From positions 1-32,000 of the IMG/VR virus record IMGVR_UViG_3300014964_000192: a stretch of DNA of 32,000 nt; one strand, given 5' to 3'. The first letter of the stretch is position 1. Each line of letters starts with the position of its first letter. The notes beneath the pieces were generated by a model that was given only the letters and a program-made list of their open reading frames with translations, made no database searches and had not been told where the DNA came from. Below are positions 23,372 to 32,000 of the stretch, one piece after another. This DNA is from a virus. A program made the position numbers and the translations under genes.

Positions 23372-23529
23372 TGCCGGAGACCGTCCGTAAGGGGTGTGCT
23401 GCCCTTGCCCTGCAGTTCCATAGCAGCCCGGAGTTTTTTCTCTCCATGCAGATGGACGATGTGAACGAGTACGCCGATATGGCAAAAACCATTTGGGAGG
23501 GAGTGAAGCGGGGCCGTGGCAAGAAGTAA
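23371..23529 (+). CDS. Frameshift extension of the tail chaperone (E'-like)
   Basis: The 52-codon frame has no SD of its own and is in the -1 phase relative to gene 22994-23371. It ends just inside the tape measure gene. Confidence 0.7.
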   Translation: MPETVRKGCAALALQFHSSPEFFLSMQMDDVNEYADMAKTIWEGVKRGRGKK

Positions 23530-25903
23530 GACCTATGAAATGCTGCTGAAAATCGCTGGCGATAACAGTTCGCTGAAAAAGGCGTGTGCCGCTGCAAGTG
23601 AAAATCTGAGCATTCTGGGTGAGGCAGCGAAAAAAGCGGGTCAAGTAGCCGCCACGGCCCTGGCCGGGCTTGGGACAGCCGCAACCGGGATCGCAACTGC
23701 CGCCACTTCCGCTTACACAGAACACGAAAAAGCGGCCAACAGCCTGGCTGCGGCCACCGGGGCTATGGGGGAAGAGCTGGCCAATCTGCAAGGCGCAATG
23801 GAAAGCGTTTACCAAAACAATTTTGGCGAGAGTATCGAGGACGCTGCCAATGCGGTTGCGTTGGTCAATCGGAATATCAAGGACATCCCAGCCCAGGAGA
23901 TTGCGGGAGCGACAGAAGCCGCGATTGCTCTGCGGGACGCGTTCGAGTATGACGTAGCGGAAAGCACCCGCGCCGCGGCAGCAATCCGAAAAAACTTCGG
24001 AGGGTCAGCAGAGGAGGCTTTCGGCCTGATCGCAGCAGGCGCACAAAACGGCCTTGATTATTCCGGGGAACTGATTGATACCATCAACGAATATTCCAGC
24101 CAGTTTTCAAAGCTGGGATTTACCGCTGACGGTATGTTCCAGCTCCTGCAGTCCGGCGCGGACAGCACCGCGTGGAACCTGGACAAGGTGGGTGACGCGG
24201 TGAAGGAGTTCTCCATCCGGGCGATTGATGGCTCCGACAGCACAGTGGCCGCCTTTGAGGCCCTGGGCTATAACGCATCCGCAATGATGGGTACATTTGC
24301 CGCAGGTGGGGACGGGGCAAATCAGGCATTTTTCGATGTGTTAAACACCCTGATGGACATGGAGGACCAGGTGGCGCAGGACGCGCTGGGCGTATCTCTG
24401 TTCGGGACCATGTGGGAGGACCTGGGTACCGAGGCCATGGAGGCTATGGCAAATGCCTCAGCCGGGGCCTATGACACAATGGACGCACTGGAGCAAATCA
24501 ACTCGGTTAAATACAACGACCTGGGCACCGCTCTGGAGGGCGTAAAGCGCAAGGCGGAGGCCGCGCTGGTGCGTGTTGGAGAACAGCTGGTCCCATACGC
24601 CAAGGAGGGCCTGGAGTACCTGGCGAACAATGTATTGCCAGTCGTATCCAGCAAACTGGAAGAAATCACGCCGATTGTGATCAACGCCGGCAAGGCGCTG
24701 TGGGAGAACCGAGATATTATCCTCGCTGTCGGCGGCGCAGTGATGACCGCAGCAGGGGCCTTTAAGGGGCTGCAGGTTGCAAGTGCCGCTGTCGGGGCAG
24801 TAAAAAACCTCTCCACCATCTTCAATGCGGCTTCTCAGAGTGGGAGCCTGCTATCCAGGGTGATGAGCATAGGCAATGTGAAGCTGGCCCTGATTGCTGG
24901 CGGGGCCGCAGCTCTGGCGGCGGGGTTCATCTATCTGTGGAACCACAGTGAAAAATTTCGGGCTGCTGTAACGTCCCTGTGGGTCAAGCTCCAGCCCTTG
25001 GGCGCCAGTCTGATGGACCTAGCCTCTCTGCTGGCCGGTGTCCTGGGCCCTGCTTTTCAGGTCACGGGTCTGGCGCTGATCAACGGCCTGGAAAGCGCTG
25101 TACAAATCGCGGCGCCCATCATAGAAAATGTCATCGGCATATTTACCGGGCTGCTCAATTTTATTACCGGCGTATTCACCGGGAATTGGGAGCTTGCCTG
25201 GCAGGGCGTATGCGATATATTCGGGAACCTGTTCGGAGGTCTGGCCAATATCGCGAAAGTGCCCATCAACGCCGTGATCGGCGCGGTCAACTCCGTGGTG
25301 GGGGCCATCAATTCCTGCGGCTTCACCATCCCGGATTGGGTGCCCGTGGTGGGCGGCAAGAGCTTTTCCATCAATTTGCCCGATATTCCCATGCTGGCCA
25401 CTGGCGGCATTGTTACCGCCCCCACCATCCTGGAGGCGGGCGAGGGCGGGGAGCCGGAGGCAATTCTCCCGCTGTCCAAGCTGGCCGCCCTGCTCCAGGG
25501 CGCGGCCAGCACACCGGAGAGTTCGCCCATGGGGAACCAGGAGAACAGCCTGGAGAGCAGCTTAGAGGAAGCACCCCTGGCCCAGTTGGCCAAGCTGGTG
25601 GAAGACTGGATCAGGAACAACAAACCGGACCCGCATGGACCGGGCCGGGGCGGCGGCTGGCCTCTCCCAGAGCCGCCGCACCCCGCAGCAAACGATACAC
25701 CGCCCCCGGCAGGCGGTCAAAACCCGCCCACTGCCGGCAGTGACGTCATCACCTTTGCCCCGGTATTCAATTTCTATGGTCCGACGACCCGGGAGGAGGC
25801 CGTGGAGGCCGGGCGGCTGAGTTTTGCGGAGTTCAAGCGCCTGTATGACCAGCTGAAGACGGAGGAGCGCCGCAAGCGGCTCCACTATGCTTTAGGAGGG
25901 TAG
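23516..25903 (+). CDS. Tail tape measure protein
   Basis: 795 aa, Ala/Gly-rich and helical with hydrophobic glycine-zipper segments. Sits directly after the chaperone pair. The start is GTG 23516 or ATG 23540. Confidence 0.9.
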   Translation: MARSKTYEMLLKIAGDNSSLKKACAAASENLSILGEAAKKAGQVAATALAGLGTAATGIATAATSAYTEHEKAANSLAAATGAMGEELANLQGAMESVYQNNFGESIEDAANAVALVNRNIKDIPAQEIAGATEAAIALRDAFEYDVAESTRAAAAIRKNFGGSAEEAFGLIAAGAQNGLDYSGELIDTINEYSSQFSKLGFTADGMFQLLQSGADSTAWNLDKVGDAVKEFSIRAIDGSDSTVAAFEALGYNASAMMGTFAAGGDGANQAFFDVLNTLMDMEDQVAQDALGVSLFGTMWEDLGTEAMEAMANASAGAYDTMDALEQINSVKYNDLGTALEGVKRKAEAALVRVGEQLVPYAKEGLEYLANNVLPVVSSKLEEITPIVINAGKALWENRDIILAVGGAVMTAAGAFKGLQVASAAVGAVKNLSTIFNAASQSGSLLSRVMSIGNVKLALIAGGAAALAAGFIYLWNHSEKFRAAVTSLWVKLQPLGASLMDLASLLAGVLGPAFQVTGLALINGLESAVQIAAPIIENVIGIFTGLLNFITGVFTGNWELAWQGVCDIFGNLFGGLANIAKVPINAVIGAVNSVVGAINSCGFTIPDWVPVVGGKSFSINLPDIPMLATGGIVTAPTILEAGEGGEPEAILPLSKLAALLQGAASTPESSPMGNQENSLESSLEEAPLAQLAKLVEDWIRNNKPDPHGPGRGGGWPLPEPPHPAANDTPPPAGGQNPPTAGSDVITFAPVFNFYGPTTREEAVEAGRLSFAEFKRLYDQLKTEERRKRLHYALGG

Positions 25904-25906
25904 ACC

Positions 25907-26119
25907 ATGCCTGACACCTACACCACCCGGCAGGGGGACGCCTGGGACGCCATTGCCCATCGGGTCTATGGAGACGTGAAGTACACTGGCTGGCTGATGG
26001 AGCACAACCATCCCCACTTGGACACATTTGTGTTCCGGGCGGGCGTGGTGCTCCAGACACCGGAACCGCCGGAGGATGCTTCCGGTCCTGATGTGCCCGC
26101 CTGGAGGAAAGTCACATGA
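25907..26119 (+). CDS. LysM-like tail protein X (P2 gpX-like)
   Basis: 70 aa. YTTRQGDAWDAIAHRVYGD...PGVVLQTP-type LysM fold pattern. Precedes the gpD-like gene. Confidence 0.8.
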   Translation: MPDTYTTRQGDAWDAIAHRVYGDVKYTGWLMEHNHPHLDTFVFRAGVVLQTPEPPEDASGPDVPAWRKVT

Positions 26120-27105
26120 ACACGAGAAAAGCAGCTGTAGAAATCGCCTGGAAAGGGGCAGCTGCCGCCGGGACGCTGGGTCAGTATCAGACTTCAGCGA
26201 CCTACACCGACCCGGCCAGCGGGGAGGCTGACAGCTTTGACCTCACCCTCCATGACCGGGACCGGCAGTGGATCGGACCGTGGCTCCCCCAGGCAGGAGA
26301 CACCCTGTCCGCCGTGATCCACCTGACCGACTGGGACCGGGTGGGAGATAACCGCTCCCTCCCCTGCGGCTCCTTCATATTGGACAAGTTCGATTTCTCC
26401 GGCTGGCCGGTGACGGGAAACATCTCAGGAGTGTCCGTGCCCGCAGACAGTGCCTTCCGGGAGACTCAGCGGACCCGCACCTGGGAGAACATCACTGTGG
26501 AGGAGATTGGCAAAGAGATCGCCGCCCGGGCTGGAATCTCCCTGGCCTGGGATGTGGACGGAGGCCCCATCATCATCAAGAGCGAGGAACAGTCAGAGAA
26601 AACGGACTGCGATTTTTACATGGGGCTGTGTGAGACATATGGCCTGGCCATGAAGGTGTACGCGCAGAAGATCGTGGTCTATGACCGGGAAGCGTACAAG
26701 GCCCGGCCCCCAGTGGCCACGCTGACCCCCGACATGCTCCTGTCCTGGAGTTGGTCGTCCCAACTCACAGGGACCTACACTGGCGGGGAATACGCTTACA
26801 CAGACCCCTCTACAGAGAAAGAGGTCAAGGTGCAGGTGGGCAGCGGCCCCCGCATTCTGAAGAAGTCCGGACGGGTGGACAGCCAGGCGGACGCGGAGCG
26901 GAAGCTGTGGGCGGCCATCCACCAGGCCAATCATGGGTCAACGAAGCTCTCCCTGTCCATGCGGGGCACTGCCAGCCTGGTGGCCTCTCAGTGCGTCATG
27001 GTGGAGGAGTTGGGTTGGCTGGGCGGTAAATATTTCATTGACAGCATTATTCATCACATCGGCGGCGGCTACACGATGGACCTGGAGCTGTCCCGGGTGG
27101 AGTGA
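26116..27105 (+). CDS. Baseplate hub / late control gene D-like protein
   Basis: 329 aa. ATGA overlap with the upstream gene. Order and size match gpD/Mu gp44-type hub proteins. Confidence 0.8.
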   Translation: MNTRKAAVEIAWKGAAAAGTLGQYQTSATYTDPASGEADSFDLTLHDRDRQWIGPWLPQAGDTLSAVIHLTDWDRVGDNRSLPCGSFILDKFDFSGWPVTGNISGVSVPADSAFRETQRTRTWENITVEEIGKEIAARAGISLAWDVDGGPIIIKSEEQSEKTDCDFYMGLCETYGLAMKVYAQKIVVYDREAYKARPPVATLTPDMLLSWSWSSQLTGTYTGGEYAYTDPSTEKEVKVQVGSGPRILKKSGRVDSQADAERKLWAAIHQANHGSTKLSLSMRGTASLVASQCVMVEELGWLGGKYFIDSIIHHIGGGYTMDLELSRVE

Positions 27106-27115
27106 GGAGGAGGAC

Positions 27116-27526
27116 ATGCGCAACGATACCCGGGTTGGAAAGATATCAGATGTTGACCATTCCGCAGGCCTGGTGCGGGTCGTCTATCCAGACCAGGACG
27201 ACGCGGTGACCCAGATGATCCCCCTCCTGTCCACCGCATTCACTGGGGCCTATACAGCGCCCGAGGTGGGGGACCAGGTGCTGGTGCTCCACCTGTCCAA
27301 CGGCATGGCCGCGGGGGTGGTCCTGGGCCGTCCCTGGAGCGAGAAGAACAGGCCCCCGGAGGGTGCGGAAAAGCTGTACCGCCTGGACATGGACCGTGCC
27401 CCTGGGGTGGCCATGCTCCGCTACGACGGCAAGGCCAGGGAGCTGACGCTGCACTGCGATGGTTCCATAAACATCACCGCCGGCGGCGCCATCACCATCA
27501 ACGGCAAAACCATTGATCTGAATTAA
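27116..27526 (+). CDS. Baseplate spike protein (gpV-like)
   Basis: GAGGAGGAGGA precedes ATG 27116. RVGKISDVDHSAGLVRVVYPDQDDAVTQMIPLL...PEVGDQVLVLHLSNG shows the OB-fold spike pattern. Confidence 0.8.
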   Translation: MRNDTRVGKISDVDHSAGLVRVVYPDQDDAVTQMIPLLSTAFTGAYTAPEVGDQVLVLHLSNGMAAGVVLGRPWSEKNRPPEGAEKLYRLDMDRAPGVAMLRYDGKARELTLHCDGSINITAGGAITINGKTIDLN

Positions 27527-27539
27527 GGAGGGCGGTCTT

Positions 27540-27878
27540 ATGCCAAACGCCGCGCGGCTCCTGGACACAGTGGACGGCACAACCGCAGGAGAGCATTCAG
27601 GACATGTCTCTCCGCATCCGCCGCTGCCCTTTTCCGGGGAGATCAGCGGGGGCTGTTCTTTCAACGTGCGGACCAACAGCCAGCCGGCCGCCATTGTGAC
27701 CAGCGTTACCACAGAGCGGGATTCCTGCTGTGGCTCCAGCTCGGGCACCGTGGCCGCAGGAAGCAGGTCGGTCCGAATCAATGGGCTGCCCGCCGCACGC
27801 CTTGGTGACGCCCTTGCGCCCCACAGCGGGAGCGGAGCGATCACTGGCGGCAGTCCAGATGTGAGGATAGGAGGCTGA
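27540..27878 (+). CDS. PAAR-domain spike-tip protein
   Basis: Contains NSQPAAIVTS, INGLPAARLGDALAPHSGSGAITGGSPDVRIGG. Confidence 0.85.
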   Translation: MPNAARLLDTVDGTTAGEHSGHVSPHPPLPFSGEISGGCSFNVRTNSQPAAIVTSVTTERDSCCGSSSGTVAAGSRSVRINGLPAARLGDALAPHSGSGAITGGSPDVRIGG

Positions 27879-27884
27879 ACGGGC

Positions 27885-28277
27885 TTGATTGGTACATTTG
27901 GAACCGTGCTGGTTTTCGAGGTCAGCGACAACCGAGTGCTGACCTTTAGCGGGATGACCCGGGAGGTCTCCAGCCGCTGGACTGACCACGAGGTAATGGG
28001 CGTCAAGCCCAAGCCGGAATTTTTGGGGCCTGGGAACCAGACGGTCTCCCTCACCATCACCCTGTCTTCATCCCTGGGGGTCCGCCCCAGACAGATGCTG
28101 GAACGGGTGGCCAATATGGTAGAGCGGGGCCAGGTGGAGTACCTGATTATCGACTGCAAGCCGGTGAGCAAGAATCCCTTCCGCATCACTGGCTCCAGCG
28201 AGGCATGGAATACGCTCTACAACGGAGGCGAGCTGGCCCGGGCCAACCTGACCCTCACATTGGAGGAGTACACATGA
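27885..28277 (+). CDS. P2 gpU-like tail protein
   Basis: TTG 27885. FGTVLVFEV...WTDHEV...PEFLGPGNQTVSLTITL...NLTLTLEEY parallels P2 gpU (FLGPG ... TLTL). Confidence 0.7.
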   Translation: MIGTFGTVLVFEVSDNRVLTFSGMTREVSSRWTDHEVMGVKPKPEFLGPGNQTVSLTITLSSSLGVRPRQMLERVANMVERGQVEYLIIDCKPVSKNPFRITGSSEAWNTLYNGGELARANLTLTLEEYT

Positions 28278-28579
28278 CAAACTCCCTGTTTTTTGATTTT
28301 CAATTAGAGTTTACCTTTTCTGATAATTGGCTGGCCGACCTGGACCGGCAGATCACCCTGCTGCTGTCCACCATAGAGGGGACCATGCCGCTGGAGCGCG
28401 GACTTGGGCTCAGGCAGGATTTTGTGGATAAGCCTCCGGGAGTGGTAAAAAGCCTCTATACCGCAGAGGCGGCCAAAAAGATTTCCGAGTTTATCCCCCA
28501 GGTGCGGGTCCAGGAAGTGATATGGCTCCCGGCCGGGCAGGGACATTTCAAGCCAAAGGTGGTGATTACCCGTGCCTGA
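28274..28579 (+). CDS. Baseplate wedge protein gpW/gp25-like
   Basis: ATG 28274 makes an ATGA overlap. LLLSTIEGTMPLERGLGLRQDFVDKP...FIPQVRV matches the GPW_gp25 pattern. Confidence 0.85.
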   Translation: MTNSLFFDFQLEFTFSDNWLADLDRQITLLLSTIEGTMPLERGLGLRQDFVDKPPGVVKSLYTAEAAKKISEFIPQVRVQEVIWLPAGQGHFKPKVVITRA

Positions 28580-29726
28580 CAACCTTCAGATGGACCAGCT
28601 GCCCGAGGTCAGCTTTATCGACGGACTGAGCGTGGACGGCCTGCGCCGGGAGATGGTGGCGGACTATGAGCGGTATATGACCCAGGCCACAGGGAGTTCT
28701 GTGAGCCTGGCCCGGGCCAGCCCCCACCGCATGGAGCTGTATGCCGCAGCCGCCCAGCTCTACCAGGCGATGCAGTACATCGACCGGGCGGGCAAGCAGA
28801 ACCTTTTGAAATACAGCTACGGGGAGTTTTTGGACCACCTGGCCGCCTTTAAGGGCCTGACCCGCCGGGCGGCCGCCTCCGCCGTCACCACGCTCCGGTT
28901 TACCGCCTCCGCCATCCGGGATACCGCCATCGGGATCCCCAGCGGCACACGTGCCGCCACCCGGGAGCTGCTGTATTTCCAGACCACGCAGTACGCTGAG
29001 ATTCCTGCCGGGGAGCACAGTGTGGACGTGCCGGCGGTCTGCGTTGTGCCAGGCTCGGCCGGGAACGGTCTGGCTGTGGGAGCTCTGACTGAAATTGTAG
29101 ACCCGCTGCCCTATATCGCAGGTGTGTCCAACATTACAGCTTCAGAGGGCGGCGCGGATACGGAGAGCGACCAGGAACTGGCGGAGCGGATCTATCTTTT
29201 CCCTGGGTCCTATTCCACGGCGGGCCCGGAGGCCAGCTACCTGTACCACGCCAAGACCTACAACGCAAATGTGGGTGATGTGGTGGTGGCCAGTGACCAG
29301 GCCGCAGGCTCTGTGGAGGTGTATTTCCTGCTGGATGATGGCTCCACACCGGGCCCAGAGATGGTAACGGGGCTCCAGAATTATTTGAGGGACCGTCAGA
29401 TTCGGCCCATGACCGACCTGGTGGCGGTCTCTGCGCCGGCGGATGTGCCATACTCCATCGACCTGGTCTACTACATCAACCGCAGCGACAGTAACCGTGC
29501 GGTGGCCATCCAGAGGGCGGTCAATGCCGCTGTGGACGCCTACATTACCTGGCAGAGGACCATTGGCCGGGATATTAACCCGTCCAAGCTGGCAGAGCGG
29601 GTTATGGCCGCAGGGGCCAAACGGGTTGAGCTGTCCGCTCCTTTGTTTACCCCGGTTGCCCGGACCGGAGTGGCCAGCCTGGAGGGAGATTCCCAGGTCC
29701 GCTATGGAGGGCTGGAGGATGATTGA
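28572..29726 (+). CDS. Baseplate J-like protein
   Basis: 384 aa. Follows the gp25-like gene. Shows the Baseplate_J pattern (GLTRRAAASAVTTLRFT, GTRAAT, TASEGGADTESDQELAERI). Confidence 0.9.
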   Translation: MPDNLQMDQLPEVSFIDGLSVDGLRREMVADYERYMTQATGSSVSLARASPHRMELYAAAAQLYQAMQYIDRAGKQNLLKYSYGEFLDHLAAFKGLTRRAAASAVTTLRFTASAIRDTAIGIPSGTRAATRELLYFQTTQYAEIPAGEHSVDVPAVCVVPGSAGNGLAVGALTEIVDPLPYIAGVSNITASEGGADTESDQELAERIYLFPGSYSTAGPEASYLYHAKTYNANVGDVVVASDQAAGSVEVYFLLDDGSTPGPEMVTGLQNYLRDRQIRPMTDLVAVSAPADVPYSIDLVYYINRSDSNRAVAIQRAVNAAVDAYITWQRTIGRDINPSKLAERVMAAGAKRVELSAPLFTPVARTGVASLEGDSQVRYGGLEDD

Positions 29727-30471
29727 TCTGCGGGGCAGCCGGTTTACCGACATCCTGCCCGAAAATCTCTCCAACCAGCTGGAGACACAGGCCTTCGCCT
29801 ACGCCTTGGGGCGGCAGGTGGAGCGGCTGTGCGCCTGGGCGGATCGAACAAGGGTCTATGCCGCTGTGAGTGAGCTTTCGGAGGAGATTCTGGACGTACT
29901 GGCTCTGGAGCTGCGTACTCCTGCCTACGACCAGAGCTTTCCGGTCGAGGTAAAGCGGGCGCTGATTGAGGGGACAATGGCCTTCTATACCAGCCTGGGG
30001 ACTCCTGCGGCGGCGGACCGGATTCTGGAGATCATCTTTTCCGAGGGCCGCATTGAGGAGTGGTATGAATACGGCGGGGAGCCCCACCACTTCCGGGCCT
30101 ATATCGAGATGACCGGCCGGCCGGTTACACAGGAGAGCCTGGTCAGCTTTCGCAGGATATTAGCTGGTGTAAAGCGCCTGTCCAGCTGGTGGGATGGAAC
30201 CATAACCGTCACTGAGCTGGATACGGACCCGATTCTGGTGGGGGCCGGGCTGGGCCTATGCCTCTCCAGTACAGAGCTGCCGGTCCGGGACCCGATGTAT
30301 CAGGACACTGTGGTTCCGGTCTCCTCCAAAATACAGGGCCTTATCTCCATCATCCAGCCCCCGGAGCGGCCGCCGGCATTCCATGAACGGCCCTTGTCGG
30401 CCCGGGGTCTGTTGAAAAGCAGCCTGACCATAACAGCACTGCCAGAATGGAACAGGGAGGAATCGCAATGA
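29719..30471 (+). CDS. P2 gpI-like baseplate/tail protein
   Basis: ATG 29719 overlaps the end of the J-like gene. LPENLSNQLETQAFAYALGRQVERL...LALELRTPAYDQSFPVEVKRALIE matches the Tail_P2_I pattern. Confidence 0.8.
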   Translation: MIDLRGSRFTDILPENLSNQLETQAFAYALGRQVERLCAWADRTRVYAAVSELSEEILDVLALELRTPAYDQSFPVEVKRALIEGTMAFYTSLGTPAAADRILEIIFSEGRIEEWYEYGGEPHHFRAYIEMTGRPVTQESLVSFRRILAGVKRLSSWWDGTITVTELDTDPILVGAGLGLCLSSTELPVRDPMYQDTVVPVSSKIQGLISIIQPPERPPAFHERPLSARGLLKSSLTITALPEWNREESQ

Positions 30472-32000
30472 ATGAAAATCAAACTGGATTGACCCCGCTG
30501 GAGCCGGAAAAGCCCCGCAAATACGGCGGCGCTCCCACAAAGCAGGGCCTGGAGCTGTTTACCAAGCTGGCTCTCACCGAGGACCATCTGCGCATTGCCG
30601 GTGTGCTGGTGGGCTCCGGCGTTGTGCCGGATGATGTGTATATCGGGGACATGACGCAGCTGGTGGAGCCGGTGGGCGTCGGGACCTGCAGCGAGCCGAT
30701 CCGGAACGGGGCCACGGTCAATATGACGGTGGAGGTCCGGTCCGACCTGAACAAGGACCTGCCCGACGGCATGACCATCCGGGAGTTTCTGATCCAGGCC
30801 TGGGACGGGGAGGAGAAGATCGCCATCTACTACGGCTGTCTGGCCGATTACCCCCAGTATATCGCCCCCTGGGAGGAGGGGTATCTGGATGTGCGCCGTT
30901 ACCCCGTCTCCATCCGCCTGGCCCCGTCGGTAAAGGTAGACCTGGACGATTCTCTGCCCGGCGTGGTGATGACCATTGACGATATCAAGGACTACTGCAT
31001 TTCCACCCTGCTGCCCCAGCTCCTGACGGCCTCCCAGAATCAGATCGTCAACCACAATCTGGCGGAGGACGCCCACCCTGCCCTGCGGACAAAAATTGAG
31101 AAGGCCCAGCAGGCAGCAGATGACGCGGCAACTGCGGCGGCAAAGGCCCAGCAGACAGCGGACAGCGCGGTACAGGCGGCGGAAAACAATTCGGGCGGCT
31201 GCGCCCTGCGGATCACCTTTGCGGAGGTATTCGCCGGGCAGACCTACACCGTTTCTGGCAGTGAGGAGAGCTACACCGGGACCGTCCCTGAAGGGCTGGT
31301 CGTGCAGGTTAAGCTGAAGCAGTGCGGCACGACCTACACCATCCGCTGCACCGACGCGGAGGGCGAGGAATATTCTTCCGCCGTGGTCACCGGGCCCTAC
31401 TTCGGGCAGTACACCGCTTCGCTGCTCCCCTTCTCTGCCACCCTGGATGTTACGACCAGCCCAAACGCCGAAGTAGTGGCTGTTTGCGGAGGACAAAGTA
31501 TCAGCGGTACTGCCGGAGAATCTGGCTCCGTCTCTCTGACGCTGCCCGCTGCAGGAACCTACACCGTCACCGCTGAGTTGGACGGCCGCTCTGCCCGGGG
31601 GACTGTAGAGGCCACGGAGAACGGCGGGAGCTATTCCATCACGCTGGACATCCCCACTACTGTACCAAAAGAGGAGGCCGGTGTATTCGATGGACACTTC
31701 TACAGCCGTATTTTCGAGCCGGAGGAATGGACAAATGGGGCCCTGCGTGTCCCCCAGACAGTCCACGGTATCCAACCCAGACAGAGCGCGTGCATCGGCA
31801 CTCTGCACCAGCGGGTGGACCGGACGGCGCTGGATTATCTGGAGCAGACCGCCGCCCAGGGCCGCACCGCCATTACCAACGCGGTCAAGGCCGCCCTGAA
31901 CGCCAACAGCTCCGCCCCCGGCACCTACCCTACGGCGGAGGACGGCCATGTTCAGCTGACCTGGAACCAGGTACAGTGCTACATCCTGGAGGGGACGCTG
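30468..32000 (+). CDS. Tail fiber protein (5' part; continues beyond the window)
   Basis: ATG 30468 makes an ATGA overlap. I read the frame codon by codon and it stays open for 511 codons to the window end. The N-terminus resembles the P2 gpH-type fiber N-domain, followed by an Ala/Gln coiled segment and beta-sandwich-like repeats. This ORF is NOT in the supplied ORF track. Confidence 0.8.
   Translation, partial: MNENQTGLTPLEPEKPRKYGGAPTKQGLELFTKLALTEDHLRIAGVLVGSGVVPDDVYIGDMTQLVEPVGVGTCSEPIRNGATVNMTVEVRSDLNKDLPDGMTIREFLIQAWDGEEKIAIYYGCLADYPQYIAPWEEGYLDVRRYPVSIRLAPSVKVDLDDSLPGVVMTIDDIKDYCISTLLPQLLTASQNQIVNHNLAEDAHPALRTKIEKAQQAADDAATAAAKAQQTADSAVQAAENNSGGCALRITFAEVFAGQTYTVSGSEESYTGTVPEGLVVQVKLKQCGTTYTIRCTDAEGEEYSSAVVTGPYFGQYTASLLPFSATLDVTTSPNAEVVAVCGGQSISGTAGESGSVSLTLPAAGTYTVTAELDGRSARGTVEATENGGSYSITLDIPTTVPKEEAGVFDGHFYSRIFEPEEWTNGALRVPQTVHGIQPRQSACIGTLHQRVDRTALDYLEQTAAQGRTAITNAVKAALNANSSAPGTYPTAEDGHVQLTWNQVQCYILEGTL

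Noticed and set aside
24979-25743. 254-aa + strand ORF in an alternative frame inside the tape measure gene, and similar alternative-frame ORFs (e.g. 20143..20487, 21162..21533, 9671..10084)
   Set aside because: Their composition is Arg/Gly/Pro-rich and they are fully nested in strong genes. They have no SD.
26017-26025. Possible extra parS half-sites: CTTGGACAC at 26017-26025, GTGCCCAAC at 10624-10632, GTGCCCAA at 7819-7826, CACAAGTTGGA at 8224-8234
   Set aside because: Only one arm matches and there is no dyad partner. Matches of this length are expected by chance in 32 kb.
1-32000. Search for a CRISPR array, tRNA/tmRNA, diversity-generating retroelement (RT plus TR/VR), toxin-antitoxin pair, restriction-modification or other known defence genes, integrase, holin/endolysin
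   Set aside because: I found no regularly spaced repeats, no T-loop or cloverleaf candidates in the non-coding regions, no RT/YxDD-type ORF and no recombinase or lysis motifs. Some of these may lie outside the window, downstream of the tail fiber or upstream of position 1.

Overview
High-GC (roughly 60% by eye) 32-kb slice of a temperate contractile-tailed phage, possibly a phage-plasmid. Every gene I can support is on the + strand. GGAGG ribosome-binding sites, chains of ATGA/GTGA-coupled genes and a Cys-rich-KTR-type protein suggest a Clostridia-like Firmicute host, but that is inference only. Layout: (1) 1-425 holds the tail of an upstream gene and a 355-bp lower-GC leader. (2) 426-2780 is an early operon with two XRE HTH regulators and small unknown ORFs. 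(3) 2750-7711 is a replication and maintenance module: replication organizer with iteron-like repeats, DnaB helicase, ParA and an unusually long ParB. (4) 7712-9986 holds Cys-rich accessory ORFs. (5) 10039-11434 holds a HUH rolling-circle Rep-like protein, a zinc-ribbon protein, a strong terminator and 325 bp of non-coding DNA. (6) 11435-19826 is a lambda-style packaging and head module (Nu1-like TerS, GpA-like TerL, gpW, lambda-type portal, HK97-type protease, capsid, decoration and connector proteins). (7) 19896-20168 is a low-GC moron. (8) 20165-32000 is a P2/Mu-style contractile tail and baseplate: sheath, tube, E/E' chaperone with a T7G slippery site, tape measure, gpX, gpD, gpV, PAAR, gpU-like, gpW/gp25, gpJ, gpI and a tail fiber that runs off the window. 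No tRNA, rRNA, CRISPR array, integrase, lysis cassette, reverse transcriptase or recognisable defence gene was seen. The most interesting signal is a candidate ParABS partition system: a non-canonical 17-bp palindrome occurs four times, three around parB and one inside the capsid gene, and arm changes are compensatory. Other points of interest are a candidate ori inside the organizer gene, a second HUH replication initiator beside the packaging genes, and a structured non-coding region that is probably cos. All family names come from motif recall. No database search was run.
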